Part shown: in pieces, positions 1 through 9,881 of the stretch
Layout of the letters: every line of letters begins with the position of its first letter
How positions within the stretch are numbered: the stretch's first letter is position 1
DNA from: Nitrososphaerales archaeon
GTDB lineage: Archaea > Thermoproteota > Nitrososphaeria > Conexivisphaerales > UBA164
Direction: 5' to 3'
Length of the DNA: 64,000 nucleotides
Assembly: GCA_023256355.1 (NCBI GenBank)
Contig: JAGDXJ010000005.1
Span: 1,222-65,221, forward strand
Made by a program: the position numbers and the translations under genes
Notes under the pieces: generated by a model
The model's database searches: none
Told to the model about the DNA's origin: nothing
Seen by the model: only the letters and a program-made list of their open reading frames with translations

Positions 1-1
1 A

Positions 2-994
2 AAGCCAAAAAAATTACCGCCTTTTAACATAATGTCGACAGACGTCCCAGCCCTTGACCTCAGGCTCGATTTCAGAGCTCTGGATTTAAGGAGACCTTAT
101 AACATAAACCTTTTTACGCTAAGATCAAAAGCGCTGCAGTATTTCAGGGAGTACCTTATTTCTAAAGATTTTCTTGAAGTTCAAACGCCAAAGATAATAG
201 CTACGGCTTCTGAAGGGGGAGCAGCTCTTTTCCCTCTTATGTATTATGATAAGCAGGCTTTTCTGGCTCAATCTCCTCAGCTTTATAAAGAAGAGCTTAC
301 CATGTCCTTTGAAAAGGTGTTCGAGATTGGGCCAATATTCAGAGCTGAACCATCAAGAACTTTAAAACATCTCAGCGAGGCCATAAGCCTTGATGTTGAA
401 GCCGCCTTTCATAAGAACGAAGACCTTATGGATTTTCTCGAGGATATGATCAGGTACGTTATCAACAGGTTGTATGAAAAGGAAGGCGAAGCTCTGAAAA
501 GGATAAAGGCGCCAGTTCTCGATGTTTCAAAGAAGTTCCCAAGGTACAGCTACTCTGAAGTTGTAAGCTGGATAAACAAGAATCTTGAAGAAATCCATGA
601 AGGAGAAGATTTGTCTTCCAAACACCTTGAAGCGTTTGGTGATCATGCTGGAGGATTTTATTTTATAAAGGACTGGCCGCTCAAGCTCAAACCATTTTAC
701 ATACAGCCCAAGGATGGAGATTACAGCAACTCTTTCGATCTGATGTACAGGGGGTTAGAGCTAAGCAGCGGGGGTGAAAGGGTGCACGATCCTGCGTTGT
801 TGAGAAAGGGACTTAAGAGGACAGGACTTTCTGCAAAGGGCTTCAAGTACCATTTAGAAGTTTACAACTACGGCATGCCCCCTCACGGCGGTTTTGGGCT
901 CGGAGTCGATAGATTCATGATGGTCGTTACCGGAGCAGAAAACATAAGGGAAGTTGTGCTGTATCCAAGGGATGTAAGGAGGCTGGTACCATGA
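2..994 (+). CDS. aspS: Aspartyl-tRNA synthetase, C-terminal catalytic part (5' end cut by window edge)
   Basis: The frame is open from nt 2 to the first ATG at 32, so the gene continues upstream. Class II aaRS motifs are present: 'FRAEPSRTLKHLSE' and 'GMPPHGGFGLGVDR'. The stop overlaps the gatC start (ATGA, 991-994). Confidence 0.9.
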   Translation, partial: KPKKLPPFNIMSTDVPALDLRLDFRALDLRRPYNINLFTLRSKALQYFREYLISKDFLEVQTPKIIATASEGGAALFPLMYYDKQAFLAQSPQLYKEELTMSFEKVFEIGPIFRAEPSRTLKHLSEAISLDVEAAFHKNEDLMDFLEDMIRYVINRLYEKEGEALKRIKAPVLDVSKKFPRYSYSEVVSWINKNLEEIHEGEDLSSKHLEAFGDHAGGFYFIKDWPLKLKPFYIQPKDGDYSNSFDLMYRGLELSSGGERVHDPALLRKGLKRTGLSAKGFKYHLEVYNYGMPPHGGFGLGVDRFMMVVTGAENIREVVLYPRDVRRLVP

Positions 995-1257
995 GGTACT
1001 CAATAAACAAGTTATCAAAGTTATCCATGTTAAAGATATCAAAAGAAGAAGAAAAGATGATAGCAAAAAAGGTTCAGGCATTAGGGGAACTGCTTGAAAA
1101 ACTGGATACAGTAGAGCCTCCTAAAGAAGCTTTTGTGCTGGCTCCTGAAGGTGAGCACAAAAGGGATGACGTCCCCGTGCAGTTCGATTCTGACGAGATA
1201 ATAAAGGTTTTCAACAACGTAAAGGAAAGGTACTTAAAGGGTCCAAAGACATTATGA
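991..1257 (+). CDS. gatC: Asp/Glu-tRNA amidotransferase subunit C
   Basis: 88 aa with a GatC-like N-terminus ('LSKLSMLKISKEEEKMI'). GGAGG lies at 978-982, 8 nt before the ATG. It sits between aspS and gatA with ATGA overlaps on both sides. Confidence 0.75.
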   Translation: MRYSINKLSKLSMLKISKEEEKMIAKKVQALGELLEKLDTVEPPKEAFVLAPEGEHKRDDVPVQFDSDEIIKVFNNVKERYLKGPKTL

Positions 1258-2648
1258 ACCTGGAAGGTTACACTCTGCAGCTTATTTTAAAGGAGATAGA
1301 AAACGGTAACCTGAGTCCAGAAGATGTAAACGAGTTCTACCACAGAAGGTCTGCTGATCTTAACAGAGTCCTTAACGCATACATAACGTTGCTAGATCCA
1401 GAGAAGTCAAGACCAGAAGGGGATCTAAAGGGGATCGCAATTGCGATAAAGGACAATATATCCACAAAAGGGGTTAGGACCACGTGCGCTTCCAAAATGC
1501 TTGAAAACTATATACCACCTTATGATGCAACCGCTGTTTCAAGCCTAAAAAAACACGGTGGGAGCTTGCTTGGCAAGACAAATATGGACGAATTTGCCAT
1601 GGGTAGCTCCGGAGAAAACAGCGCCTTTGGTCCAACTAGAAACCCGTTAAACAGAGAATACGTAACTGGAGGTTCTAGCAGCGGGAGCGCGGCAGCAGTT
1701 GCTGCCGATATGGCCCCCATAGCTCTCGGTTCAGATACAGGTGGTTCTGTCAGAGCTCCTGCCAGCTTTACGGGCATAATTGGCTTTAAACCATCATACG
1801 GTGCAGTCTCAAGATATGGACTCATAGCTTACGCTAACAGCCTGGAAGTTATAGGAATTTTAGGAAAAAGCGTGCAGGACGTCAGCCTTTTGTTTAAAAT
1901 GATAGCCGGAAAAGATCCGATGGATTCCACGTCTGTAAACGTAGAGCTCATGGAGAAGAACATATCAAAACCCAGGATCCTTGTGATAAAAAGTTTTGTT
2001 GAGCTATCTGCTGACGAAGTTAAAAAAGAATTTTACAGCTCGATTGGAAAGTTAGAAAGCGCTGGTTTTGAAATAAACTATGCGGACAAATTCAGCCTGA
2101 CAGATTATATGCTCAGCGCTTACTATACGATAGCCTGTGCTGAAGCAAGCACAAACCTGTCCAGGTATGACGGGATCAGGTATGGCCCCAAGGTTGAATC
2201 TGCTGGTAACTGGAGAGATTATATAAGCAGGGCAAGGTCGTTCTTTGGTCCAGAAGTTAAGGCTAGGATCATGATGGGCACATTTATCCTTTCAGCAGGT
2301 TACTACGAAACCTATTACCTTAGGGCGCTTCAGCTAAGAAAGATAATAAAACAGGAATTCGAAAAAATCATCAGCGGTTATGACGCCGTTTATGTTCCAA
2401 CGATGCCAGTTCTTCCGTGGAGGATAGGAAACGCAATAGAAGATCCCAAAATAGCTTACGCAGCAGACGTGCTCACGGTCTTACCCAACCTTACCGGTTC
2501 TCCTGCAATATCGCTTCCTGTTGGCAAAGTCAGGGAATTCTTTGTGGGGGGTCAGTTCATAGGTTTAAAGGATGAAGATATGAAAGTATTGAAGGTTGCC
2601 GAAATGGCAGAAAACGTTCTGCAGGTGAAGAAAAGTGGAAGAAATTAA
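1254..2648 (+). CDS. gatA: Asp/Glu-tRNA amidotransferase subunit A (amidase)
   Basis: Amidase signature 'GGSSSGSAAAVAA' and 'GSDTGGSVRAPA'; 464 aa; operon position between gatC and gatB. Confidence 0.92.
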   Translation: MNLEGYTLQLILKEIENGNLSPEDVNEFYHRRSADLNRVLNAYITLLDPEKSRPEGDLKGIAIAIKDNISTKGVRTTCASKMLENYIPPYDATAVSSLKKHGGSLLGKTNMDEFAMGSSGENSAFGPTRNPLNREYVTGGSSSGSAAAVAADMAPIALGSDTGGSVRAPASFTGIIGFKPSYGAVSRYGLIAYANSLEVIGILGKSVQDVSLLFKMIAGKDPMDSTSVNVELMEKNISKPRILVIKSFVELSADEVKKEFYSSIGKLESAGFEINYADKFSLTDYMLSAYYTIACAEASTNLSRYDGIRYGPKVESAGNWRDYISRARSFFGPEVKARIMMGTFILSAGYYETYYLRALQLRKIIKQEFEKIISGYDAVYVPTMPVLPWRIGNAIEDPKIAYAADVLTVLPNLTGSPAISLPVGKVREFFVGGQFIGLKDEDMKVLKVAEMAENVLQVKKSGRN

Positions 2649-4026
2649 GGTAGGTCTTGAGGTTCACGTCCAGCTAGTTACGCTGAGGACAAAACTTTTC
2701 TGTTCGTGCTCTTCTGATTACAGGGGCAAACCACCAAACGTAAACATATGCCCGGTATGTACCGGGCTTCCTGGATCAATGCCAGCGCTTAACAGAAAAG
2801 CTGTGGAAGAGGCACTTAAAGTTGTACTGATGCTTAACGCTCAGCCTTATGAAACTTCATACTTTTTCAGGAAAACTTACTTTTACCCGGATCTGCCAAA
2901 AAACTTTCAGATAACACAGTACGATAAAGCAGGAGGTTATCCTCTGGCTCACGACGGTTCTCTCAAGCTAAGTAATGGCAAAACAGTCAGGATAGAAAGG
3001 ATACACCTTGAGGAAGATCCAGGAAGGATATATTATGAGGGGTCGAGAGCAACGGCCAGGTATTCTCTTATAGATTACAACAGATCCGGAATAGCTCTTA
3101 TAGAGATAGTCACCGCCCCCGACATGTCATCTCCCGAGGAAGCGAGGGATTTTGTAGAAAGGTTAACCACGATACTTTCTGACGTTGGCATAAACGTAAA
3201 AGATTATGAGGGAGCCCTCAGGGTTGACGTTAACGTTTCTTATGCCGGTGGGGAAAGAGTTGAAGTGAAAAACGTAACGGGAGCTGCGTCTGTTGAAAAA
3301 GCAATAGTTTATGAAGCATTCAGACAGAAAACTATGTACGAAAAGGGCATAAAAGTGGTCAGGGAAACAAGGGCCTGGGATGAAAAGAGAAGGATAACCA
3401 TAGCAAGCAGGGGAAAAGAGTTTGAAGCCGAATACAGGTATATGCCAGAACCAGATCTGCCTCCAGTAACTGTTACCGAATCTTTGATTCAGAAGGTTAA
3501 GGACGAAATAGGAGGTTCACAGGAAGAGAGATACAGGGAACTCATAAGCGACGGGATAAACGAAGAGCTCGCAAAAAAGATAAGTTCAGATAAGGACCTT
3601 TTTAACGTCTATGAAAAAATAAAATTTTATGAGCCATCGCTCAAACAGCTGGCTGCCAACGTTCTGGCAAACGAAATATCATACCTTATAAAGAGGTATT
3701 CGATAAAAAACCTGCCTGAAGATGTTTCTGGGCTTGCAGAGATACTTCAGAACTATAAAATGATACCAGATCACGAAAGCGCTGTGGCTTACCTTAAAAA
3801 ATGGATGGACGGAGAAAGAGTAAAGGTTTCCTTAAAGACAGTTTCTGCTGAAGACCTGCATGATGACATAATGCAGACAATCTCAGAAAACTACGACAAA
3901 ATCAAAAACCTTGAATACAGTAAAAAGTTTGAGTTCCTCATGGGCATCCTTATAAAAAAGTTCGGGAAGGAGAACAAAAAGGTTCTTGTTGAAGAGCTGA
4001 CCAAGGTTCTGAACAAAACCAAATGA
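2635..4026 (+). CDS. gatB: Asp/Glu-tRNA amidotransferase subunit B
   Basis: 'GLEVHVQL...KLFCSC' and 'CPVCTGLPGSMP' are typical of the GatB/E family; 463 aa. The GTG start at 2635 overlaps gatA by 14 nt. Confidence 0.92.
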   Translation: MEEIKVGLEVHVQLVTLRTKLFCSCSSDYRGKPPNVNICPVCTGLPGSMPALNRKAVEEALKVVLMLNAQPYETSYFFRKTYFYPDLPKNFQITQYDKAGGYPLAHDGSLKLSNGKTVRIERIHLEEDPGRIYYEGSRATARYSLIDYNRSGIALIEIVTAPDMSSPEEARDFVERLTTILSDVGINVKDYEGALRVDVNVSYAGGERVEVKNVTGAASVEKAIVYEAFRQKTMYEKGIKVVRETRAWDEKRRITIASRGKEFEAEYRYMPEPDLPPVTVTESLIQKVKDEIGGSQEERYRELISDGINEELAKKISSDKDLFNVYEKIKFYEPSLKQLAANVLANEISYLIKRYSIKNLPEDVSGLAEILQNYKMIPDHESAVAYLKKWMDGERVKVSLKTVSAEDLHDDIMQTISENYDKIKNLEYSKKFEFLMGILIKKFGKENKKVLVEELTKVLNKTK

Positions 4027-4850
4027 AGGTTTCAGATATTCTGCCGCTTCCAGGGGCAAGCTTCACATACGAAGATTTTGTAATGCACATATCAAGGCTG
4101 AGAAGCTTCAAGTATGATACTGTTGAAAGGGCAAAAGCCGGTAAGTACTACGTTATCGGGGATATTCACGGCGACGTTGTTACATTTCAGAAGATCCTTG
4201 AAAAAATAGGAGAAATAGGAAGCGATGAAATGCTGATAACTCTTGGAGATTACGGAGACAGAGGGATGTATCAGGCTGAAACATGGCTTGGGGTTTCCTA
4301 TCTCAAACAGGTCTTAAACCAAAGGTATGTTCCTTTAAGAGGTAATCATGAACCAGACTTGAACTCAATACCTTACCCTCATGACATACAGAACAAGCTT
4401 AAAGAAAAATTTGGGGAAGAAAGAGGAGAATTAGCTTACAGAGAACTCTTTAACACTTTTCAGGTGTTGCCCCTTGTTTTTGAGGACGAGTCATTCATAG
4501 CTATGCACGGGGGGTTTCCAGTCAAAGTTTTCAGCCTTGAGGATGAAGAAAAAGTAAGGGGAGCCATGTATGAAATACTTTGGAACGACCCCTTTGAAGG
4601 GCTTGGGTTTGTTGAATCTCCTCGGGGCCTTGGATTTCTGTTCGGTAAAGACATATCAGAAAGGTGGCTTTCTTTAAACGGAAAAAATTTTTTGATAAGG
4701 GGTCATGAAGCTGTTGAAGGTTATAAGTTCAACCACGATGGTCTGGTCATAACAGTTTTTTCAAGGACAGGCGCACCGTACTTCAACAGGACCGCTGCCT
4801 TTGCCATAATCGAATCGGGAAAAGTATCTTTTGAAACCGTAAAACAATAA
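4023..4850 (+). CDS. PPP-family Ser/Thr protein phosphatase (metallophosphoesterase)
   Basis: Motifs 'GDIHGD', 'GDYGDRG', 'RGNHE' and 'RGHE'. ATGA overlap with the gatB stop suggests co-transcription with aspS-gatCAB. Confidence 0.8.
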   Translation: MKVSDILPLPGASFTYEDFVMHISRLRSFKYDTVERAKAGKYYVIGDIHGDVVTFQKILEKIGEIGSDEMLITLGDYGDRGMYQAETWLGVSYLKQVLNQRYVPLRGNHEPDLNSIPYPHDIQNKLKEKFGEERGELAYRELFNTFQVLPLVFEDESFIAMHGGFPVKVFSLEDEEKVRGAMYEILWNDPFEGLGFVESPRGLGFLFGKDISERWLSLNGKNFLIRGHEAVEGYKFNHDGLVITVFSRTGAPYFNRTAAFAIIESGKVSFETVKQ

Positions 4851-4859
4851 ATAAGCAAA

Positions 4860-4872
4860 AGTTATTTATAAC
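4860..4872 (+). promoter_or_regulatory. Candidate BRE/TATA promoter of psmB
   Basis: 'AAAAGTTATTTATAA'. The TATA core (4865-4871) is centred about 31 nt upstream of the ATG at 4899, implying a very short leader or none. Confidence 0.35.
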
Positions 4873-4898
4873 CTGATTTTAGTATACATAGTGATTTT

Positions 4899-5540
4899 AT
4901 GTTGAGTAACAATCTTCCTATAACTAAAACTGGCACAACAACTATTGGTTTTATTGTAAAGGATGCCGTAATAATGGCCACAGATGCAAGGGTTACTTCG
5001 GGATACTTTGTGGCCAATACATTAGGCAGAAAGCTTTACCAGCTTGATGATCATGTTGCCATGACCATAGCTGGAACAGTAGCCGATGCTCAAAACGTAA
5101 TCGATATATTGAAGTATCACGCAAGAATGTACAAGGTAGAAAAGGGTCATCCTATCCCTGTATCGGCCATAGCAAGGCTTGCCGCAAACGTTTTCTTTTA
5201 TAACAGAATGTACCCGTTACAGGTTGAATCCCTGATAGGAGGGTACGATGAAAAGGGACCAAATCTGTTCATGGTGGACCTTTTTGGGTCTCTTTCTCAG
5301 GAGGAAATGGCCGCAACGGGAAGCGGGTCACCTATAGCTCTTGGAGTTCTTGAAGATCTTTATAATAAAGACATCAAGCTCGATGATGGAATAAAACTGG
5401 CTGCCCTTGCCATAACGTCCGCTATGAGGCGTGACATAGCTACTGGAAACGACTTTAACATAGGCGTTGTGGACGCAAAAGGTTACAGGGAGCTTTCTAA
5501 GGAAGAAAAAGAATCCCTCCTTAAAAATTTAAAGATATAA
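4899..5540 (+). CDS. psmB: Proteasome beta subunit
   Basis: A short propeptide is followed by 'TTTIGF' (Thr1 nucleophile context). 213 aa with an Ntn-hydrolase beta-subunit layout, including 'ATGSGS'. Confidence 0.9.
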   Translation: MLSNNLPITKTGTTTIGFIVKDAVIMATDARVTSGYFVANTLGRKLYQLDDHVAMTIAGTVADAQNVIDILKYHARMYKVEKGHPIPVSAIARLAANVFFYNRMYPLQVESLIGGYDEKGPNLFMVDLFGSLSQEEMAATGSGSPIALGVLEDLYNKDIKLDDGIKLAALAITSAMRRDIATGNDFNIGVVDAKGYRELSKEEKESLLKNLKI

Positions 5541-5541
5541 A

Positions 5542-7464
5542 ATGGGTATAGAAGAAGGAAAGCTTTCATCGGTTATATCGGAAATTTTTCAGAGGCTTCC
5601 TCCTGAATCTCAGGTAAGCAGGATAGAGTTTGAAGGACCAAAGATAGCTCTGTACACAAAAAATTTAAAGTTCTTTATACAAAATCCAACAGTAATACCC
5701 AGCATAGTCAGCGCGATAAAAAAACACGTTGTCGTAAAAGCTGACGAAAGTGAAAGAAAAGAAGAAGAAGAGGCTAGGGCCGAAATTTTAAGGCTTATAC
5801 CGAAAGAAGCCGGGGTCAGCGGAATAATATTTGACGGAATACAGGGCGAAATACTCATCGAAGTTAAAGATCCATCGCTTCTCGAAGGAGAGGTAAAATC
5901 AAAGATAGACGAGGTTGCGCAGGAAATAGGCTGGAAGGTAAAGGTAAGGAGAGTTATATATCATAACCCCCAGACTTATGAGTTTTTGGTGCACACTTTA
6001 AAGACAAACGAGGAAGAAAGGTTGCTTTTGCTCAGGGAAATAGGTAACAGGATATTCAGGGACAGAATAATATCAAAAAAAGATATAATGGTTACCCTGC
6101 TGGGAGGAGCTGACGAAGTTGGAAGGTCATCAATCCTTGTAACAACTCCTGAGTCAAAGATAATGCTTGATTGCGGAGTAAACCTGGGAGTTTCTTCAAT
6201 GGCTGACATGTTCCCAAGGCTCGACCTGATAAACTTATTGTTAGAAGACCTAGATGCTGTAGTGCTCTCGCACGCGCATCTGGATCATTCGGGTTTTATA
6301 CCAGTGCTGTTCAAATACGGGTACGAAGGGCCAGTTTACTGCACAGAACCCACTCTTACGTTGACTACGCTGCTTTTGACTGACGCGCTCAAGGTTGCTG
6401 AAGCTGAAGGCAAGAAGCTATACTATGATATGTCTCACGTTAAAGATTTCATAAAACACTGCATAACTTTGCCTTACAGCTCTGTAACAGACATAGCCCC
6501 GGATGTAAAGCTAACCTTAACCAACGCAGGACACATCTTAGGTTCTGCAACGATACACCTGCACATAGGCCAGGGCCTTTTCAACCTGGTTTATACAGGG
6601 GATTATAAATTTGGTAAATCCAGGCTTTTCCAGCCTGCCAACTACATTTATCCGAGGGTAGAAGCTCTGATAACTGAATCTACATACGGAGGAAAAGACG
6701 ATATAATGCCTACAAGGGAAGAAGCTGAGGACAGGCTGATAAACGCAATAAACGATACCATCAGTCAGGGTGGCAAAGTTATAATACCGGTCCCTGCAGT
6801 AGGAAGAGCGCAGGAAATACTTCTTGTCCTTAACGATTATATAAGCCAGAAGAAGCTGGCTGAAGTTCCAGTATACATAGAAGGAATGCTTACAGAAGCC
6901 ACAAGCATACACCTCCTTTATCCAGAATTTCTTAACAAAGAGATAAAAGATAAGATAATTTTCCAGGGGGAAAACCCGTTTATAACAGAAAGATACACGA
7001 TAATAAATCATCCCAAGGACAGAGAGGAAGTTTTTGCTGGCGGCCCGTCTATAATACTCGCGACATCAGGGATGCTGGAAGGAGGTCCGTCAGTCGCTTA
7101 TTTTTCTGAACTTGCTGAAGACCCCCGTAACAAGGTTATTTTTGTATCATATCAGGTTTCTGGAACTATGGGAAGAAGGGTTCTGGACGGTTCAAAGCAG
7201 ATTAACATAATGGACTCTAACGGCAAGATAAAGGTCATCAACGTCAACCTTAAAGTTGAAAAGATAGACGGGTTCAGCGGTCACTCTGATTATAACCAGC
7301 TTTTAAATTACATATCAAAGTTCAAGAACAAGGTTCAAAAGATAATAGTGGTGCACGGTGAAGACACAAAAGCAAGAAACCTAAACGAATCCATAAACAG
7401 AATAATATTCAAGAAAAACATATCTGAAGTCCCAAAAGTTGGAGAAACCATTAAATTATACTGA
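5542..7464 (+). CDS. fttA: aCPSF1 / FttA-type KH + metallo-beta-lactamase + beta-CASP ribonuclease
   Basis: 640 aa. An N-terminal KH-like region is followed by the MBL motif 'SHAHLDHSG' and a C-terminal beta-CASP part with 'GFSGHSD'. Confidence 0.9.
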   Translation: MGIEEGKLSSVISEIFQRLPPESQVSRIEFEGPKIALYTKNLKFFIQNPTVIPSIVSAIKKHVVVKADESERKEEEEARAEILRLIPKEAGVSGIIFDGIQGEILIEVKDPSLLEGEVKSKIDEVAQEIGWKVKVRRVIYHNPQTYEFLVHTLKTNEEERLLLLREIGNRIFRDRIISKKDIMVTLLGGADEVGRSSILVTTPESKIMLDCGVNLGVSSMADMFPRLDLINLLLEDLDAVVLSHAHLDHSGFIPVLFKYGYEGPVYCTEPTLTLTTLLLTDALKVAEAEGKKLYYDMSHVKDFIKHCITLPYSSVTDIAPDVKLTLTNAGHILGSATIHLHIGQGLFNLVYTGDYKFGKSRLFQPANYIYPRVEALITESTYGGKDDIMPTREEAEDRLINAINDTISQGGKVIIPVPAVGRAQEILLVLNDYISQKKLAEVPVYIEGMLTEATSIHLLYPEFLNKEIKDKIIFQGENPFITERYTIINHPKDREEVFAGGPSIILATSGMLEGGPSVAYFSELAEDPRNKVIFVSYQVSGTMGRRVLDGSKQINIMDSNGKIKVINVNLKVEKIDGFSGHSDYNQLLNYISKFKNKVQKIIVVHGEDTKARNLNESINRIIFKKNISEVPKVGETIKLY

Positions 7465-7509
7465 CAACTTTTAATAATCATAGTTGATTATTAAAGGTGG
7501 AAATACCTC

Positions 7510-8583
7510 ATGGATATAGTAAACGGGTTTTCGCCGCCATACGTTTACCTTCCACTCTTAGGTTCAAAAAAGCTGCTGATTGGTCCTAGCCTTGTAAACC
7601 CTGATGTGCTGAACGTTTACACCGATCCCAAGTACTGGATCAGGCTTACATCAAGGCAGGTGCTTTCCATAAGAAAAGCCGGGAAAGGACTTTTCAAGCC
7701 GGCCGACCCCAGCAGGGACATAAACGAAAGCTCTATATCAAAGTTAAGGGAAATAAGCCTCTACAGCGGCAACGTAGAAGTTGAGCTTGAATATGTCAAG
7801 AGCAGGTCAAACATCATTTTTGACCCTTACGAAGGCGTAACTTTAAATGGCGGTGAGCTCGGTCGCATAATATATTATACAGGGGGCATTGCTGACAGAA
7901 GGATTGAAAAGGCTTATGGAGACAGAGACCTTTTGGCCAAAGACGCCGTTTTATACCTGCATAACAGCGGTATAAACGTTTATAAGATACAGCAGCTTCT
8001 CAGCGTAGGCGCCCTCGGCTCTAAAAGAAAGCTCGTTGCAACAAGATGGTCAATAACTGCCGTAGATTCGATGATTTCTTCAAGGTTCATAGATGAAATA
8101 AAAAACTATCCAGAGTTAAGCGAACACTACCTTGGGGAAAGCTATGTTGTTGGAAACAGGATCATTGTGATGATGTTTCCGGGAAAATTTTATTATGAAA
8201 TGATGGAAAGCTGGGGGCCATTTTTCGGGAACAGGAACCCAAAAGTAGCCATGGATTATGAAGGGTTTTTGGGCAGAACAAATTATGCGGAAGAAGTTGA
8301 AGGCGCTTATTATGCTGCAAGATACAGCGTTGCCAGACATCTGCATGAAAGAAAGAGACAGGCAAAGATAGTTGTTCTTTTAGAGGTTGACAGGAACTGG
8401 ATCCCGAATCTCGGCGTATGGAGGGTTAGAGAGGGGGCAGATCTTGCGCTCAAAAACCTCAAAAAATTCGAAGATGAAAACGCTATGATAGATTATGCTT
8501 TTTCTAAAACTTATACTTCGAGAAAGAGCTGGCTGAGCAGTTCTTTCTTCTTAAGACAGAAAACTCTCGAAAGCTTCTTCTAA
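7510..8583 (+). CDS. Nre-family (DUF650/DUF651-like) putative DNA-repair protein with C-terminal PIP box
   Basis: The size and the segment 'ATRWSITAVD' recall the archaeal Nre family, from memory and unverified. The C-terminal 'QKTLESFF' (8557-8580) fits the PCNA-binding consensus Qxx[LIM]xx[FY][FY]. Confidence 0.55.
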   Translation: MDIVNGFSPPYVYLPLLGSKKLLIGPSLVNPDVLNVYTDPKYWIRLTSRQVLSIRKAGKGLFKPADPSRDINESSISKLREISLYSGNVEVELEYVKSRSNIIFDPYEGVTLNGGELGRIIYYTGGIADRRIEKAYGDRDLLAKDAVLYLHNSGINVYKIQQLLSVGALGSKRKLVATRWSITAVDSMISSRFIDEIKNYPELSEHYLGESYVVGNRIIVMMFPGKFYYEMMESWGPFFGNRNPKVAMDYEGFLGRTNYAEEVEGAYYAARYSVARHLHERKRQAKIVVLLEVDRNWIPNLGVWRVREGADLALKNLKKFEDENAMIDYAFSKTYTSRKSWLSSSFFLRQKTLESFF

Positions 8584-8596
8584 ACCCGGGCTAAAC

Positions 8597-8607
8597 GCTT
8601 TTATTAG
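8597..8607 (+). promoter_or_regulatory. Candidate TATA box of gatDE operon
   Basis: 'CTTTTATTAG' is centred about 26 nt upstream of the ATG at 8628, a spacing consistent with a leaderless transcript. Confidence 0.35.
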
Positions 8608-8627
8608 AAGGTTATAAATCTGATTGT

Positions 8628-9881
8628 ATGGAAAAAATACAAGAATTTTCCAGGATAAAGTTCAGGATTAAGGATGTTGTTTATGAAGGCATAGTCATGC
8701 CTCGAACTCTTTATGAAGACGAGGATCACTTTACAGTGAAGCTAAAAAATGGCTATAACATAGGAGTGGAAAAAAGCAAAATAGAAATCTTAGAAGCTGA
8801 ACCCCCAAAGATTTTGTCAGAACAGCCGTATGAAAAGGGTTTTGAATCAGCTGGACCTAAAATACTCATACTGGGAACAGGAGGGACGATTTCGAGCAAA
8901 GTGGATTACAGGACAGGTGCTGTCAAGCCGGCCTTTACCGCATCTCAGATAGTTGATATGGTTCCGGAGTTGAAGAACCTCGCTTCGATTAGCGTAAAAA
9001 CGATAATGAACGAGCTCAGCGAAAACATGCAGCCTTTAAACTGGACGCTGATGGCAAGGGAGGTTTATGATGCTTTTAAAGACGGTTATGAAGGGGTCGT
9101 GATAGCTCACGGTACGGACACAATGCATTATTCGGCATCAGCTATCTCGTTTGCTATAGAAAATCCATCAGGACCTGTAGTATTCGTTGGTTCTCAGAGG
9201 TCATCTGACCGTCCTTCGTCAGACGCAGCAACAAACCTGCTCGGGGCCGCAATTTTTGCCGCAAAAAGTCACAGTCCGGGGGTTTATGTAGCGATGCACG
9301 CTTCAATGGATGATGACCTTATTGCCATTCATAAAGGGGTAAAAGTGAGGAAAAATCATACCAGCAGAAGGGATGCTTTTAAATCTATAAACGCGAAGCC
9401 CTTTGCTTATGTAGACGTAAAAAATTTACAGATAAAGTTTAGCGAGAAAAAAACTGAAGTGGAAGGACCGATGAACATTTATGAAAAGTTTTCTGAAAGA
9501 GCAGCGCTTTTAAAGTTCTATCCCGGAATAAGCGAGAAACTGCTTTCTTCAGTCTTTAATAAAGAATTGTTTGATGCAATAACCATAGAGGGCACTGGTC
9601 TCGGACATGTATCAAGGAAAGCATTTCCTTACATAAAAGATTACATAAATAAAGGTGGGTTTGTAGGCATGACATCTCAGTGCATCTGGGGTTCTGTGAG
9701 GCTTACTGTCTATGAGACAGGCAGAGACCTGCTCTCAATGGGCGTAATCCCGCTTGAAGACATGCTATCCGAAGTAGCGCTCGTCAAATCGATGTGGGTA
9801 ATAGGAAATGGGTTAGATCTGAAAGTAACCATGCCTAAAAATTTGAGGGGAGAAATCAGTGAAAGGAGGGAAGCTTTATGA
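8628..9881 (+). CDS. gatD: Glu-tRNA(Gln) amidotransferase subunit D
   Basis: Asparaginase-type motifs 'GTGGTISS' and 'HGTDTM' follow an N-terminal domain of about 80 aa. ATGA overlap with gatE. Confidence 0.9.
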   Translation: MEKIQEFSRIKFRIKDVVYEGIVMPRTLYEDEDHFTVKLKNGYNIGVEKSKIEILEAEPPKILSEQPYEKGFESAGPKILILGTGGTISSKVDYRTGAVKPAFTASQIVDMVPELKNLASISVKTIMNELSENMQPLNWTLMAREVYDAFKDGYEGVVIAHGTDTMHYSASAISFAIENPSGPVVFVGSQRSSDRPSSDAATNLLGAAIFAAKSHSPGVYVAMHASMDDDLIAIHKGVKVRKNHTSRRDAFKSINAKPFAYVDVKNLQIKFSEKKTEVEGPMNIYEKFSERAALLKFYPGISEKLLSSVFNKELFDAITIEGTGLGHVSRKAFPYIKDYINKGGFVGMTSQCIWGSVRLTVYETGRDLLSMGVIPLEDMLSEVALVKSMWVIGNGLDLKVTMPKNLRGEISERREAL

